Notes: generated from the letters alone by a model not told the origin. Counted from the stretch's first letter, positions 53,999 through 60,079 are shown. The stretch is DNA of 64,000 nucleotides from a virus (IMGVR_UViG_3300048503_000032:42773-106772), one strand, 5' to 3'. A program made the numbers and translations.

Positions 53999-54070
53999 AT
54001 GAAGCATCTGGCGACAACGCGCGCGTTCCCAACCCAGGCACAACAGCCGGGTGGTAATCGTATGCGCTAG
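53999..54070 (+). CDS. Leader peptide 2 MKHLATTRAFPTQAQQPGGNRMR
   Basis: Codons match all 13 block 2 tRNAs; stop abuts antiterminator. Confidence 0.85.
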   Translation: MKHLATTRAFPTQAQQPGGNRMR

Positions 54071-54072
54071 TC

Positions 54073-54140
54073 GCTGGGGTTTTATGCGCGAGGATTCTCG
54101 CAGAACATACACCCTGGCCAACCAGCCAGGGATTTTTATT
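54073..54140 (+). terminator. Attenuator 2: antiterminator 54073-54118 versus terminator 54112-54140
   Basis: GCTGGGGT/ACCCTGGC outer stem, TATG/CATA, GCGAG/CTCGC; CCCTGGC-caacca-GCCAGGG-ATTTTTATT. Confidence 0.88.
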
Positions 54141-54163
54141 GCTCGGTATCTCAATTGATTTGA

Positions 54164-54250
54164 TGGGGTGTGCCCGGAACGGTATCGGCCTCGGCTGTTA
54201 ACCGAAGTGCTCAAAAGAGGATGGGGGTTCGACTCCCTCCGCCCCAGCCA
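54164..54250 (+). tRNA. tRNA-Asn (GTT), enlarged variable region
   Basis: TCGG-CTGTTAA-CCGA; G73; CCA. Confidence 0.85.
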
Positions 54251-54263
54251 GTATAATGGGAGG

Positions 54264-54854
54264 ATGAGAAAAGATATCCAAGCAGCGGGTACTAAGGCTT
54301 CGGCGGCGTTATCAAGACAGAAAGCTATTGATCTGTATTCCGAGAGTCCGAATCGATGCTTACAGTGTTTAGCTGTGATTGAGTTGCGTGGACGTAGGTC
54401 TTCTATTGTTAGGCGACAGAAGTTTTGCTCACATGGATGTGCTGGCAGTTACAACAACAGTCGCTTTCCGAAGCGTAAGCCGGAAGGTCAGTGTGAAGGA
54501 TGTGGGACACCGATAAGGGCGTGCTTGAAGTATTGCAGTCATAAGTGCAGGGCAAAATATCGTAGGCATAGAACGCGAGAAGAAGTGGCGGCTGGGAACG
54601 TGCAGGCTGTGATCGGTTGGAGGACGCGAACTAAGGATAAGGCGGTTGCATACAAGGGAGGAAAATGTTGCCGATGCGGTTACGACAGATGTGTCAGGGC
54701 ATTGGATTTTCACCATGTAGATCCTTCCAAGAAAGATTTTGCGGTAAGCAGGGTTTCAAAGTCGTGGGCGGTAATTAAGGCGGAGTTGGATAAGTGTATT
54801 TTGCTGTGCTCCAACTGTCACCGAGAGTTTCACGACGGGATGTGGAAGATGTAA
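54264..54854 (+). CDS. HNH endonuclease with Zn-finger repeats (free-standing homing type)
   Basis: CCRCG...ALDFHH...CILLCSNCHREFH; TATAAT 6 nt before ATG. Confidence 0.9.
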   Translation: MRKDIQAAGTKASAALSRQKAIDLYSESPNRCLQCLAVIELRGRRSSIVRRQKFCSHGCAGSYNNSRFPKRKPEGQCEGCGTPIRACLKYCSHKCRAKYRRHRTREEVAAGNVQAVIGWRTRTKDKAVAYKGGKCCRCGYDRCVRALDFHHVDPSKKDFAVSRVSKSWAVIKAELDKCILLCSNCHREFHDGMWKM

Positions 54855-54862
54855 GAGATTGT

Positions 54863-54937
54863 TCCCCGTTCGTTCAAATGGGAGGACGCAATCCTCTGAA
54901 GATTGTCATGGTGGTTCGAGTCCATCGCGGGGAACCA
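54863..54937 (+). tRNA. tRNA-Gln (CTG)
   Basis: CAATC-CTCTGAA-GATTG; CCA. Confidence 0.9.
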
Positions 54938-54944
54938 GAATTAT

Positions 54945-55054
54945 CGGGAGCTAGTGTAAACGGCCTGAGCCAGAGCCCTACGGGACGGAATGCTCAAAGC
55001 ACGGAGCGCATGGGGCGCTCTAGTGCGAGACTGGCAGCCTCGCAATCCCGACCA
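54945..55054 (+). ncRNA. Aberrant tRNA-like RNA (Pro-like acceptor, expanded D region, no TTC loop)
   Basis: CGGGA/TCCCG-A-CCA; GAGCG-CATGGGG-CGCTC; TGCGAG/CTCGCA stem. Confidence 0.6.
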
Positions 55055-55061
55055 AGTTTGA

Positions 55062-55135
55062 TCGCTAGTCGTTCAACGGTAGGACGGATGGTGTTGACCC
55101 ATCAGATCAGGGTTCGATCCCTTGCTGGCGATCCA
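55062..55135 (+). tRNA. tRNA-Gln (TTG), G33
   Basis: GATGG-TGTTGAC-CCATC; CCA. Confidence 0.82.
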
Positions 55136-55146
55136 GAAGTTGTAGT

Positions 55147-55220
55147 GCGGAATCGGTGTGACGGTCGCATGGAATCTTGCCGAGATTCGGGCGAGGGTTC
55201 GACTCCCTCATTCCGCTCCA
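55147..55220 (+). tRNA. tRNA-Gly (GCC)
   Basis: GAATC-TTGCCGA-GATTC; U73; CCA. Confidence 0.9.
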
Positions 55221-55226
55221 GTTTGT

Positions 55227-55301
55227 GCCGGTGTAGCTTAGATGATAGAGCGTCGCACTCGTAACGCGATGACCCCGGTTTGATTCCGGGCACTGGCTCC
55301 A
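55227..55301 (+). tRNA. tRNA-Thr (CGT)
   Basis: TCGCA-CTCGTAA-CGCGA; CCA. Confidence 0.88.
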
Positions 55302-55312
55302 GAAAGGTAAGG

Positions 55313-55870
55313 ATGATGAGAAATGTGATGCGCAGTCCGGTGCTGGTGCTGAATGCGTCATACGAGCCGTTGCACATCTGTGCTGCGCGTCGTGCTCTTA
55401 CGTTGATCGTGAAGGACTGCGCTGTCATTCAGCATGACACTGGTCGGCAGGTTCATGTCGGCATAATGTTTCCTTCAGTGATTCGGCTGAAGCGTTACGC
55501 GAGGGTTCCGCATCGCGCTCAGGAGATGACGAGAAAGAACATCCTCATGCGCGACGACTATCGGTGCCAGTATTGCGGAGAGGTGTTCTCAGGTGCGGAG
55601 TTGACGCTTGATCACATACTTCCGCGGGCACAGGGCGGTTTATCGACGTGGGAGAATCTGGTGGCTGCGTGCGGTGAGTGTAACCGGCGCAAGGGCAACC
55701 AGACTCCCGAAGAGGCGGGTATGCCTTTACTGAGGCGTCCCAGGCCGGTCACGCTGCACACCGCTCGCGGGATCTTGCGGGCACAGGCCAGTGACGAGAA
55801 GGTGTGGCAGAAGTATCTGTTTTATGACAACGCAGGTTGCCAGGAAGGAGTCACGTTTGGGCCGTCGTAG
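55313..55870 (+). CDS. HNH endonuclease (McrA-like, VLVLNASYEPL family)
   Basis: RDDYRCQYCG...TLDHILP...GG..TWENLVAACGECNRRK. Confidence 0.92.
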   Translation: MMRNVMRSPVLVLNASYEPLHICAARRALTLIVKDCAVIQHDTGRQVHVGIMFPSVIRLKRYARVPHRAQEMTRKNILMRDDYRCQYCGEVFSGAELTLDHILPRAQGGLSTWENLVAACGECNRRKGNQTPEEAGMPLLRRPRPVTLHTARGILRAQASDEKVWQKYLFYDNAGCQEGVTFGPS

Positions 55871-55936
55871 CTCGTATGGAAGAGCACTCGCTTGGTAAGC
55901 GAGAGGTAGCGAGTTCGACTCTCGCAGGCGGCTCCA
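55861..55936 (+). tRNA. tRNA-Thr (GGT)
   Basis: CTCGC-TTGGTAA-GCGAG; CCA. Confidence 0.9.
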
Positions 55937-55940
55937 GTTT

Positions 55941-56012
55941 GCCGGTATCGCATGGTGCTGAGTCTCATTTGTAACGAGACTCTTACGGGTTCGATTCCTG
56001 TTGCCGGCCCCA
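55941..56012 (+). tRNA. tRNA-Thr (TGT), reduced D arm
   Basis: TCTCA-TTTGTAA-CGAGA; CCA. Confidence 0.78.
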
Positions 56013-56019
56013 AAGATGT

Positions 56020-56095
56020 GGAGAGGCTGGCAGAGTGATTATGCGCCGGTCTGTGGAGCCGGTTTACATCGGTTTGATCCCGATGCCTCTCCCCA
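56020..56095 (+). tRNA. tRNA-His (GTG)
   Basis: G-1:C73; CCGGT-CTGTGGA-GCCGG; CCA. Confidence 0.9.
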
Positions 56096-56100
56096 ACAAG

Positions 56101-56170
56101 TCCGGAGACGTAGGGTTCGATGCCTACTCGTCATAGAAATGTGGCGGTCGTCTAGTGGCAGGATACCGGG
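56101..56170 (+). ncRNA. Circularly permuted tRNA-like element (3' half precedes 5' half)
   Basis: TCCGG-agac-T arm-TCGTCAT, 6-nt linker, GTGGCGG-D arm-CCGGG; halves pair in acceptor and anticodon stems. Confidence 0.6.
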
Positions 56171-56186
56171 GCTATGAATACAATTC

Positions 56187-56266
56187 GGGGCGTAGGACTA
56201 CATGCGGTGGTCGCTTCTCTTGCAAAGAAGATATTCAGGTGGGTTGGATTCCCGCACGCTCCACCA
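56187..56266 (+). tRNA. tRNA-Ala (TGC)
   Basis: G3:U70; CTTCT-CTTGCAA-AGAAG; CCA. Confidence 0.88.
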
Positions 56267-56272
56267 AGTTTT

Positions 56273-56348
56273 GCTGCTTGCGTAGGTCTGGTGATTACGC
56301 TGGTCTGAAAATCCAGAGAACGCAGTTCGATTCTGCGAGGCGGCACCA
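56273..56348 (+). tRNA. tRNA-Phe (GAA)
   Basis: CTGGT-CTGAAAA-TCCAG; CCA. Confidence 0.88.
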
Positions 56349-56353
56349 AGTAT

Positions 56354-56427
56354 CGGGGTAGGGTGTGACGACCGCATCCTAGTTTTGGGAACTAGTGGAT
56401 CGGGTTTGACTCCCGGTGCCCCGACCA
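56354..56427 (+). tRNA. tRNA-Pro (TGG)
   Basis: CTAGT-TTTGGGA-ACTAG; C1:G72, A73. Confidence 0.88.
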
Positions 56428-56431
56428 TTTA

Positions 56432-56507
56432 CGGAGAGTGGCCAAGAGGAAAGGCTCCAGTTTCGGGAACTGGGAATTCGTGAGTTCGAGTCTCACCTCT
56501 CCGACCA
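56432..56507 (+). tRNA. tRNA-Pro (CGG)
   Basis: CCAGT-TTCGGGA-ACTGG; CCA. Confidence 0.92.
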
Positions 56508-56513
56508 GAGTTT

Positions 56514-56589
56514 GTCCCTTTGGTGAAATGGAATATCACACGAAGCTACGAACTTCGAGTTGCGGGTCTGAGTCCCGCGGGGGGCACCA
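56514..56589 (+). tRNA. tRNA-Arg (ACG)
   Basis: CGAAG-CTACGAA-CTTCG; CCA. Confidence 0.88.
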
Positions 56590-56598
56590 TTTTAGAAG

Positions 56599-56628
56599 TT
56601 GCATCCCACGCTGGAGAGATGGTATGGT
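56599..56628 (+). promoter_or_regulatory. Candidate promoter for tRNA block 3
   Basis: TTGCAT-18 nt-TATGGT with TGn; embedded in an inverted repeat. Confidence 0.55.
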
Positions 56629-56694
56629 TTCTCCAGTGCAACAAAAGCATGAATGCTCCGGCCCGGAGGGTAAGTTGGGCACGAATTGAAATCC

Positions 56695-56769
56695 ATGAGA
56701 CAGACCTTCAAACACGAGATAACCATTAGGCGCGCTGAAAAGCGGGTCATGTGGGGGATCGTGTTTTAA
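56695..56769 (+). CDS. Leader peptide 3 MRQTFKHEITIRRAEKRVMWGIVF (may start at TTG 56686)
   Basis: Codons match all 13 block 3 tRNAs; TAA overlaps first base of antiterminator. Confidence 0.85.
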   Translation: MRQTFKHEITIRRAEKRVMWGIVF

Positions 56770-56825
56770 GGGGTCTGCGCTGTGGTACCACCAGACCCCT
56801 CGCTCAGTGCGAGGGGCTTTTTATT
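56769..56825 (+). terminator. Attenuator 3: antiterminator 56769-56800 versus terminator 56796-56825
   Basis: AGGGGTCTG/CAGACCCCT perfect 9 bp; CCCCTCGC-tcagt-GCGAGGGG-CTTTTTATT. Confidence 0.9.
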
Positions 56826-56845
56826 GTTCTTTGAGATGATGATGT

Positions 56846-56915
56846 GCCGGGTGATCTGAGATCAGGTGAGCCTCCAAATCTCGCCAGCTAGGTTCGATTC
56901 CTAGACCTGGTGCCA
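56846..56915 (+). tRNA. tRNA-Trp (CCA), reduced D arm
   Basis: loop CTCCAAA; CTAGG-TTCGATT-CCTAG; G73; CCA. Confidence 0.8.
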
Positions 56916-56916
56916 C

Positions 56917-56988
56917 GGCTCGTACCTCTGGCGAGGACGCAGGACTCATAACCCTGTTCACTGAATTCGATTTTCAGGCGAGCCACCA
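56917..56988 (+). tRNA. tRNA-Met/Ile2 (CAT)
   Basis: CAGGA-CTCATAA-CCCTG; CCA. Confidence 0.8.
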
Positions 56989-56989
56989 T

Positions 56990-57084
56990 AGAGGACAGCA
57001 CCGACGTGCGGCGGAGTCTTATAAACTCTGGAAAGGCTGCGGACTGCGGCTAACGGGAGGGATTGACACCCTCGTCCTCTACCA
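56990..57084 (+). tRNA. tRNA-Ile (TAT) with long variable arm
   Basis: AGAGGAC/GTCCTCT; GGAGT-CTTATAA-ACTCT; atypical T loop; CCA. Confidence 0.75.
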
Positions 57085-57085
57085 T

Positions 57086-57162
57086 GCCTCGATAACTCAA
57101 TCGGTTTAGAGTCCTGCCTCTTAAGCAGCGAGACCCAGGTTCGATTCCTGGTCGGGGCACCA
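57086..57162 (+). tRNA. tRNA-Lys (CTT)
   Basis: CTGC-CTCTTAA-GCAG; CCA. Confidence 0.92.
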
Positions 57163-57168
57163 AGTTTC

Positions 57169-57245
57169 GGAAGCGTAACTCAACGGGTTCAGAGTCTCGC
57201 CTTTTAAGCGATGAGACGGGGGTTCGAGTCCTCCCGCTTCCACCA
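57169..57245 (+). tRNA. tRNA-Lys (TTT)
   Basis: TCGC-CTTTTAA-GCGA; CCA. Confidence 0.92.
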
Positions 57246-57246
57246 T

Positions 57247-57321
57247 GCAGCCGTCGTCCAACGTATAGGGCATCGATCTTCTAAATCGAGGACGTGAGTT
57301 AGACTCTCACCGGCTGCTCCA
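57247..57321 (+). tRNA. tRNA-Arg (TCT)
   Basis: TCGAT-CTTCTAA-ATCGA; CCA. Confidence 0.88.
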
Positions 57322-57327
57322 TTTTAT

Positions 57328-57401
57328 GGCGCGTTCGTTCAACGGCAGGACATCGGTTTTTCACATCGAGAACAAGAGTTCGACCCTCTTACGCGCTACC
57401 A
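57328..57401 (+). tRNA. tRNA-Glu (TTC)
   Basis: TCGGT-TTTTCAC-ATCGA; CCA. Confidence 0.9.
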
Positions 57402-57407
57402 AGTTTT

Positions 57408-57483
57408 GCCGTGATCCGCCAAGCGGCTAGGCGACTGGATTCTCACTCCAGCAATCCGAGTTCAAGCCTCGGTCACGGTACCA
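57408..57483 (+). tRNA. tRNA-Glu (CTC)
   Basis: CTGGA-TTCTCAC-TCCAG; CCA. Confidence 0.9.
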
Positions 57484-57485
57484 GT

Positions 57486-57561
57486 CACTCTGCGGTGAAA
57501 TTGGATATCACGGTGCTCTCCGAAGGCGCAGTTTCGAGTTCGAGTCTCGACGGGGTGACCA
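57486..57561 (+). tRNA. tRNA-Arg (CCG)
   Basis: GTGCT-CTCCGAA-GGCGC; CCA. Confidence 0.88.
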
Positions 57562-57570
57562 TCAAGTTTC

Positions 57571-57645
57571 GCTCCCTTCGTTCAGTGGACAGGACGATGA
57601 CCTCCTAAGTCGTAGACGGCAGTTCGACTCTGCCAGGGAGTACCA
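57571..57645 (+). tRNA. tRNA-Arg (CCT)
   Basis: ATGAC-CTCCTAA-GTCGT; CCA. Confidence 0.92.
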
Positions 57646-57649
57646 GATT

Positions 57650-57727
57650 GCAAGCGTGGGCCAGCGGCGACGCCGCCTCTCCTACAAAGAGGAATTACCG
57701 GAGGTTCGAGTCCTCCCGCTTGCACCA
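57650..57727 (+). tRNA. tRNA-Val (TAC), C33
   Basis: CCTCT-CCTACAA-AGAGG; CCA. Confidence 0.85.
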
Positions 57728-57790
57728 GTTCGTTCCCGTCATCCAGCGGCTAGGATGATCGCCCGATTAGCTTATGGTATATTCGAGTTT

Positions 57791-58267
57791 ATGAAGAGGA
57801 AGCCTTGTTGCCGCTGTGGGTCTACTAAGAATGTGATGGTCAAGGGGCATGCTTACTGCCGTGTGTGCAATAACGCATACAGTAAGAAATATTACTATGC
57901 TGATCGTGAGGGACGCCTCGCAAAGATTGCGGAGTATGTGCGGAAGTTGCGTCTTCGTAGGAAAGCGTTGATTAACGACTTGAAGAGTCGTCCGTGTGTT
58001 GATTGCGGTAGGACTTTCCCGGCTGTTTGTATGGATTTTGATCATCTAGACGGTACGAATAAGCAGGGTTGTGTCAGTTCTATGGTGAACAATACTGGAG
58101 CTTCTCTAAAGCGTGTGATGGCAGAGATAGCCAAATGCGATTTGGTTTGTGCGAATTGCCATCGTATTCGAACGCATCATCGTACGGTAGCTCAACAGGT
58201 AGAGCATGCGCTTGATAAGCGCAAGGTAGTTGGTTCAAGACCAACCCGTACGACCAAGATTAGATGA
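57791..58267 (+). CDS. HNH endonuclease (free-standing homing type)
   Basis: CVDCG...MDFDH...CDLVCANCHRIRT; 3' end runs through tRNA-Ile. Confidence 0.88.
   Translation: MKRKPCCRCGSTKNVMVKGHAYCRVCNNAYSKKYYYADREGRLAKIAEYVRKLRLRRKALINDLKSRPCVDCGRTFPAVCMDFDHLDGTNKQGCVSSMVNNTGASLKRVMAEIAKCDLVCANCHRIRTHHRTVAQQVEHALDKRKVVGSRPTRTTKIR
58181..58256 (+). tRNA. tRNA-Ile (GAT)
   Basis: TGCGC-TTGATAA-GCGCA; CCA. Confidence 0.92.
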
Positions 58268-58299
58268 GGGAGTTCGAGTCTGAGCGGGAACACCAATAT

Positions 58300-58374
58300 G
58301 CGGGCATAGCCAAGTGGAAAGGCATGAGGTTTCCACCCTCACATGCGCCGGTTCAATCCCGGCTGCTCGCTCCA
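58300..58374 (+). tRNA. tRNA-Gly (TCC)
   Basis: TGAGG-TTTCCAC-CCTCA; U73; CCA. Confidence 0.92.
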
Positions 58375-58429
58375 TATTCCCTCTTGACGGCCATCAGGTC
58401 GTCTATAGTGGTGTCAGGAGGGTAAAACG

Positions 58430-58978
58430 ATGCGCTACGTTCGTCTACACGGGGTTGTTGGGGCTGTGGTGGTGGGTTTCCTTGCCGGCGGGCTGGCGCT
58501 GGCTCAGCAGGCGGTCTACGGGCATTCTCAGGGTAAGTTTCTACCAGATCCGAAGGTCACCCCTGGGGCGGTCGACCCGAGCCTGGTGGCGGATCTGACG
58601 AAGGCTCCACACATGGTGGCCGGCGTCGAGCATAATATCTGTGCCGCGGACTTCAGGACTCCGCCGTTTCGGGTGGCCACCAAGAGCCAGAAAATCAAGA
58701 CGGCGGTCTGTAAGGCTTACGGCATCCTGAATGGATGCCCTGGGTCACAATGGGAGTTGGATGACATCATCCCGATTGAGGTTGGCGGGCAGAATATACA
58801 GATCAATCTTTGGCCGCAGAACATAGGCGAGGCTCGGGTCAAGGATCATCAGGTGGAGGACTTGCTTGGAGGCCCGAAGGGTTTGGTCTGCCGCGGGAAG
58901 ATCAGTCTGTCGGATGCGCAGTCGTGCATCGTGAATGATTGGACGGCTTGCGCTGTTCGGATCGCCGCGCTGAAGTAA
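58430..58978 (+). CDS. Signal-peptide-bearing HNH-like protein
   Basis: Hydrophobic N-terminus ending ALA; LPDPKVTPGA, ELDDIIPIEVGG..NLWPQ (first His replaced by Asp). Confidence 0.7.
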   Translation: MRYVRLHGVVGAVVVGFLAGGLALAQQAVYGHSQGKFLPDPKVTPGAVDPSLVADLTKAPHMVAGVEHNICAADFRTPPFRVATKSQKIKTAVCKAYGILNGCPGSQWELDDIIPIEVGGQNIQINLWPQNIGEARVKDHQVEDLLGGPKGLVCRGKISLSDAQSCIVNDWTACAVRIAALK

Positions 58979-59009
58979 GGACGTAGCGGAGATCATCTAT
59001 AATCACGTT

Positions 59010-60077
59010 ATGGCTACTCAACAGGCAAAAGTACCAGCGAAGAATTTTAAGAGTCTTATCGGTGCGATCCTGAAGTTTCCGCCGTCGGCATCGGTGTCGG
59101 CGAGTGAGGTCGTGCATTTCGCCGTCAACAACGGACGCGCTCGAGCATCGATCTCAGGTGTCGTAGTCAGTACGGCCACAGTGATCGGGATGCATGAGGT
59201 GGAGGCGTTCACGGCGGACTACCGATCGCTTCGAGGTTTCGCGGCGACTATCCCAGCGGATGGTTCAGTCGATATTATGGTCAGCGCGAAAGACAAGCAG
59301 GTGCGCTTGGTGTGCGGAGAGCAGAAACTGAATCTGTCATACACGCTGGGATCTGTGTTGGCGAAGCCGAAGGTCGCTGAGCCATTTTTCACGGTGACTG
59401 CGGAGACGGCTGTTGCGATCAGGTGGTTGGCTGGTGTCGCAGAGAAAGACGAGAGCAAGCTCGACATGTGCTGCGTTTATCTCAGTGGCGGCAGGGCGAT
59501 GGCCGGCAACCAGAAGTGTATCGGTGTAGCACATACTGCGGGTCTGCCGCAGGAGTCGATTCCGTTGCCGTTGAATCTCTGCGCGGTGCTGGAGTCTGGG
59601 GACAAGCTGTCGAAGGCCGAGGGTGGTTTGATCTTGACCAGCGGCTGCGGTGTCTCGCAGGTTCCTTACCTGGTGTCTTCGATCAAGTTCCCGGTGGCTG
59701 TGGTGGAGCGGATGGAGGCGTCGGCTGGGGCTACCTATGCTAGATGCAAGGCGCGTGACATGGTGTCGGTATTCACGGAGTCGGCGGATTGTGTGGCGAG
59801 GATTCCTAAGGCTCAGGCGTTCCTGGTGGTGACATTCAAAGACGGCAAGATAGGAGTCAGGGCGCAGAGTCAGACGGCTGTCTTCCGTACTGTATTGGAC
59901 GGTGAGGTCAAGAAGGACGGCGACCTTTGGCTTGAGCTGCCGGAAGCAGAAGAGGCTCTGAAGGCGTTCGGTGACGGGGATGTGAGTTGCAGGAAGCTCT
60001 CACCGAAGGGCGAAGCTGCGCTTGAGGGTTCGGAGGCGAAGGTATTTTTTGCGCCTGTAAGACAGGCGGGGGCATAG
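59010..60077 (+). CDS. Putative DNA sliding clamp (beta-like)
   Basis: 355 aa with repeating alpha/beta pattern resembling DnaN; weak. Confidence 0.55.
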   Translation: MATQQAKVPAKNFKSLIGAILKFPPSASVSASEVVHFAVNNGRARASISGVVVSTATVIGMHEVEAFTADYRSLRGFAATIPADGSVDIMVSAKDKQVRLVCGEQKLNLSYTLGSVLAKPKVAEPFFTVTAETAVAIRWLAGVAEKDESKLDMCCVYLSGGRAMAGNQKCIGVAHTAGLPQESIPLPLNLCAVLESGDKLSKAEGGLILTSGCGVSQVPYLVSSIKFPVAVVERMEASAGATYARCKARDMVSVFTESADCVARIPKAQAFLVVTFKDGKIGVRAQSQTAVFRTVLDGEVKKDGDLWLELPEAEEALKAFGDGDVSCRKLSPKGEAALEGSEAKVFFAPVRQAGA

Positions 60078-60079
60078 GC

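Larger units (their letters stand above)
57732..58295 (+). pseudogene. tRNA split at its anticodon (5' half 57732-57770, degenerate 3' half 58258-58295) by an HNH + tRNA-Ile insertion
   Basis: GTTCCCG pairs with CGGGAAC-A-CCA; GATTAG at both junctions. Confidence 0.7.

Noticed and set aside
56649-56729. Alternative leader ORF MNAPARRVSWARIEIHE...
   Set aside because: Has some block 3 codons but lacks Lys, ATA, AGA and Gly codons and stops 40 nt before the antiterminator; not excluded as an accessory ORF
53029-56825. T-box riboswitches as explanation of the leaders
   Set aside because: No recognisable T-box bulge or long stem I; the ORF-stop-antiterminator geometry fits ribosome-mediated attenuation better
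53065-58598. ORF-track ORFs overlapping tRNA genes
   Set aside because: Incidental frames across structured RNA genes; no RBS or protein features
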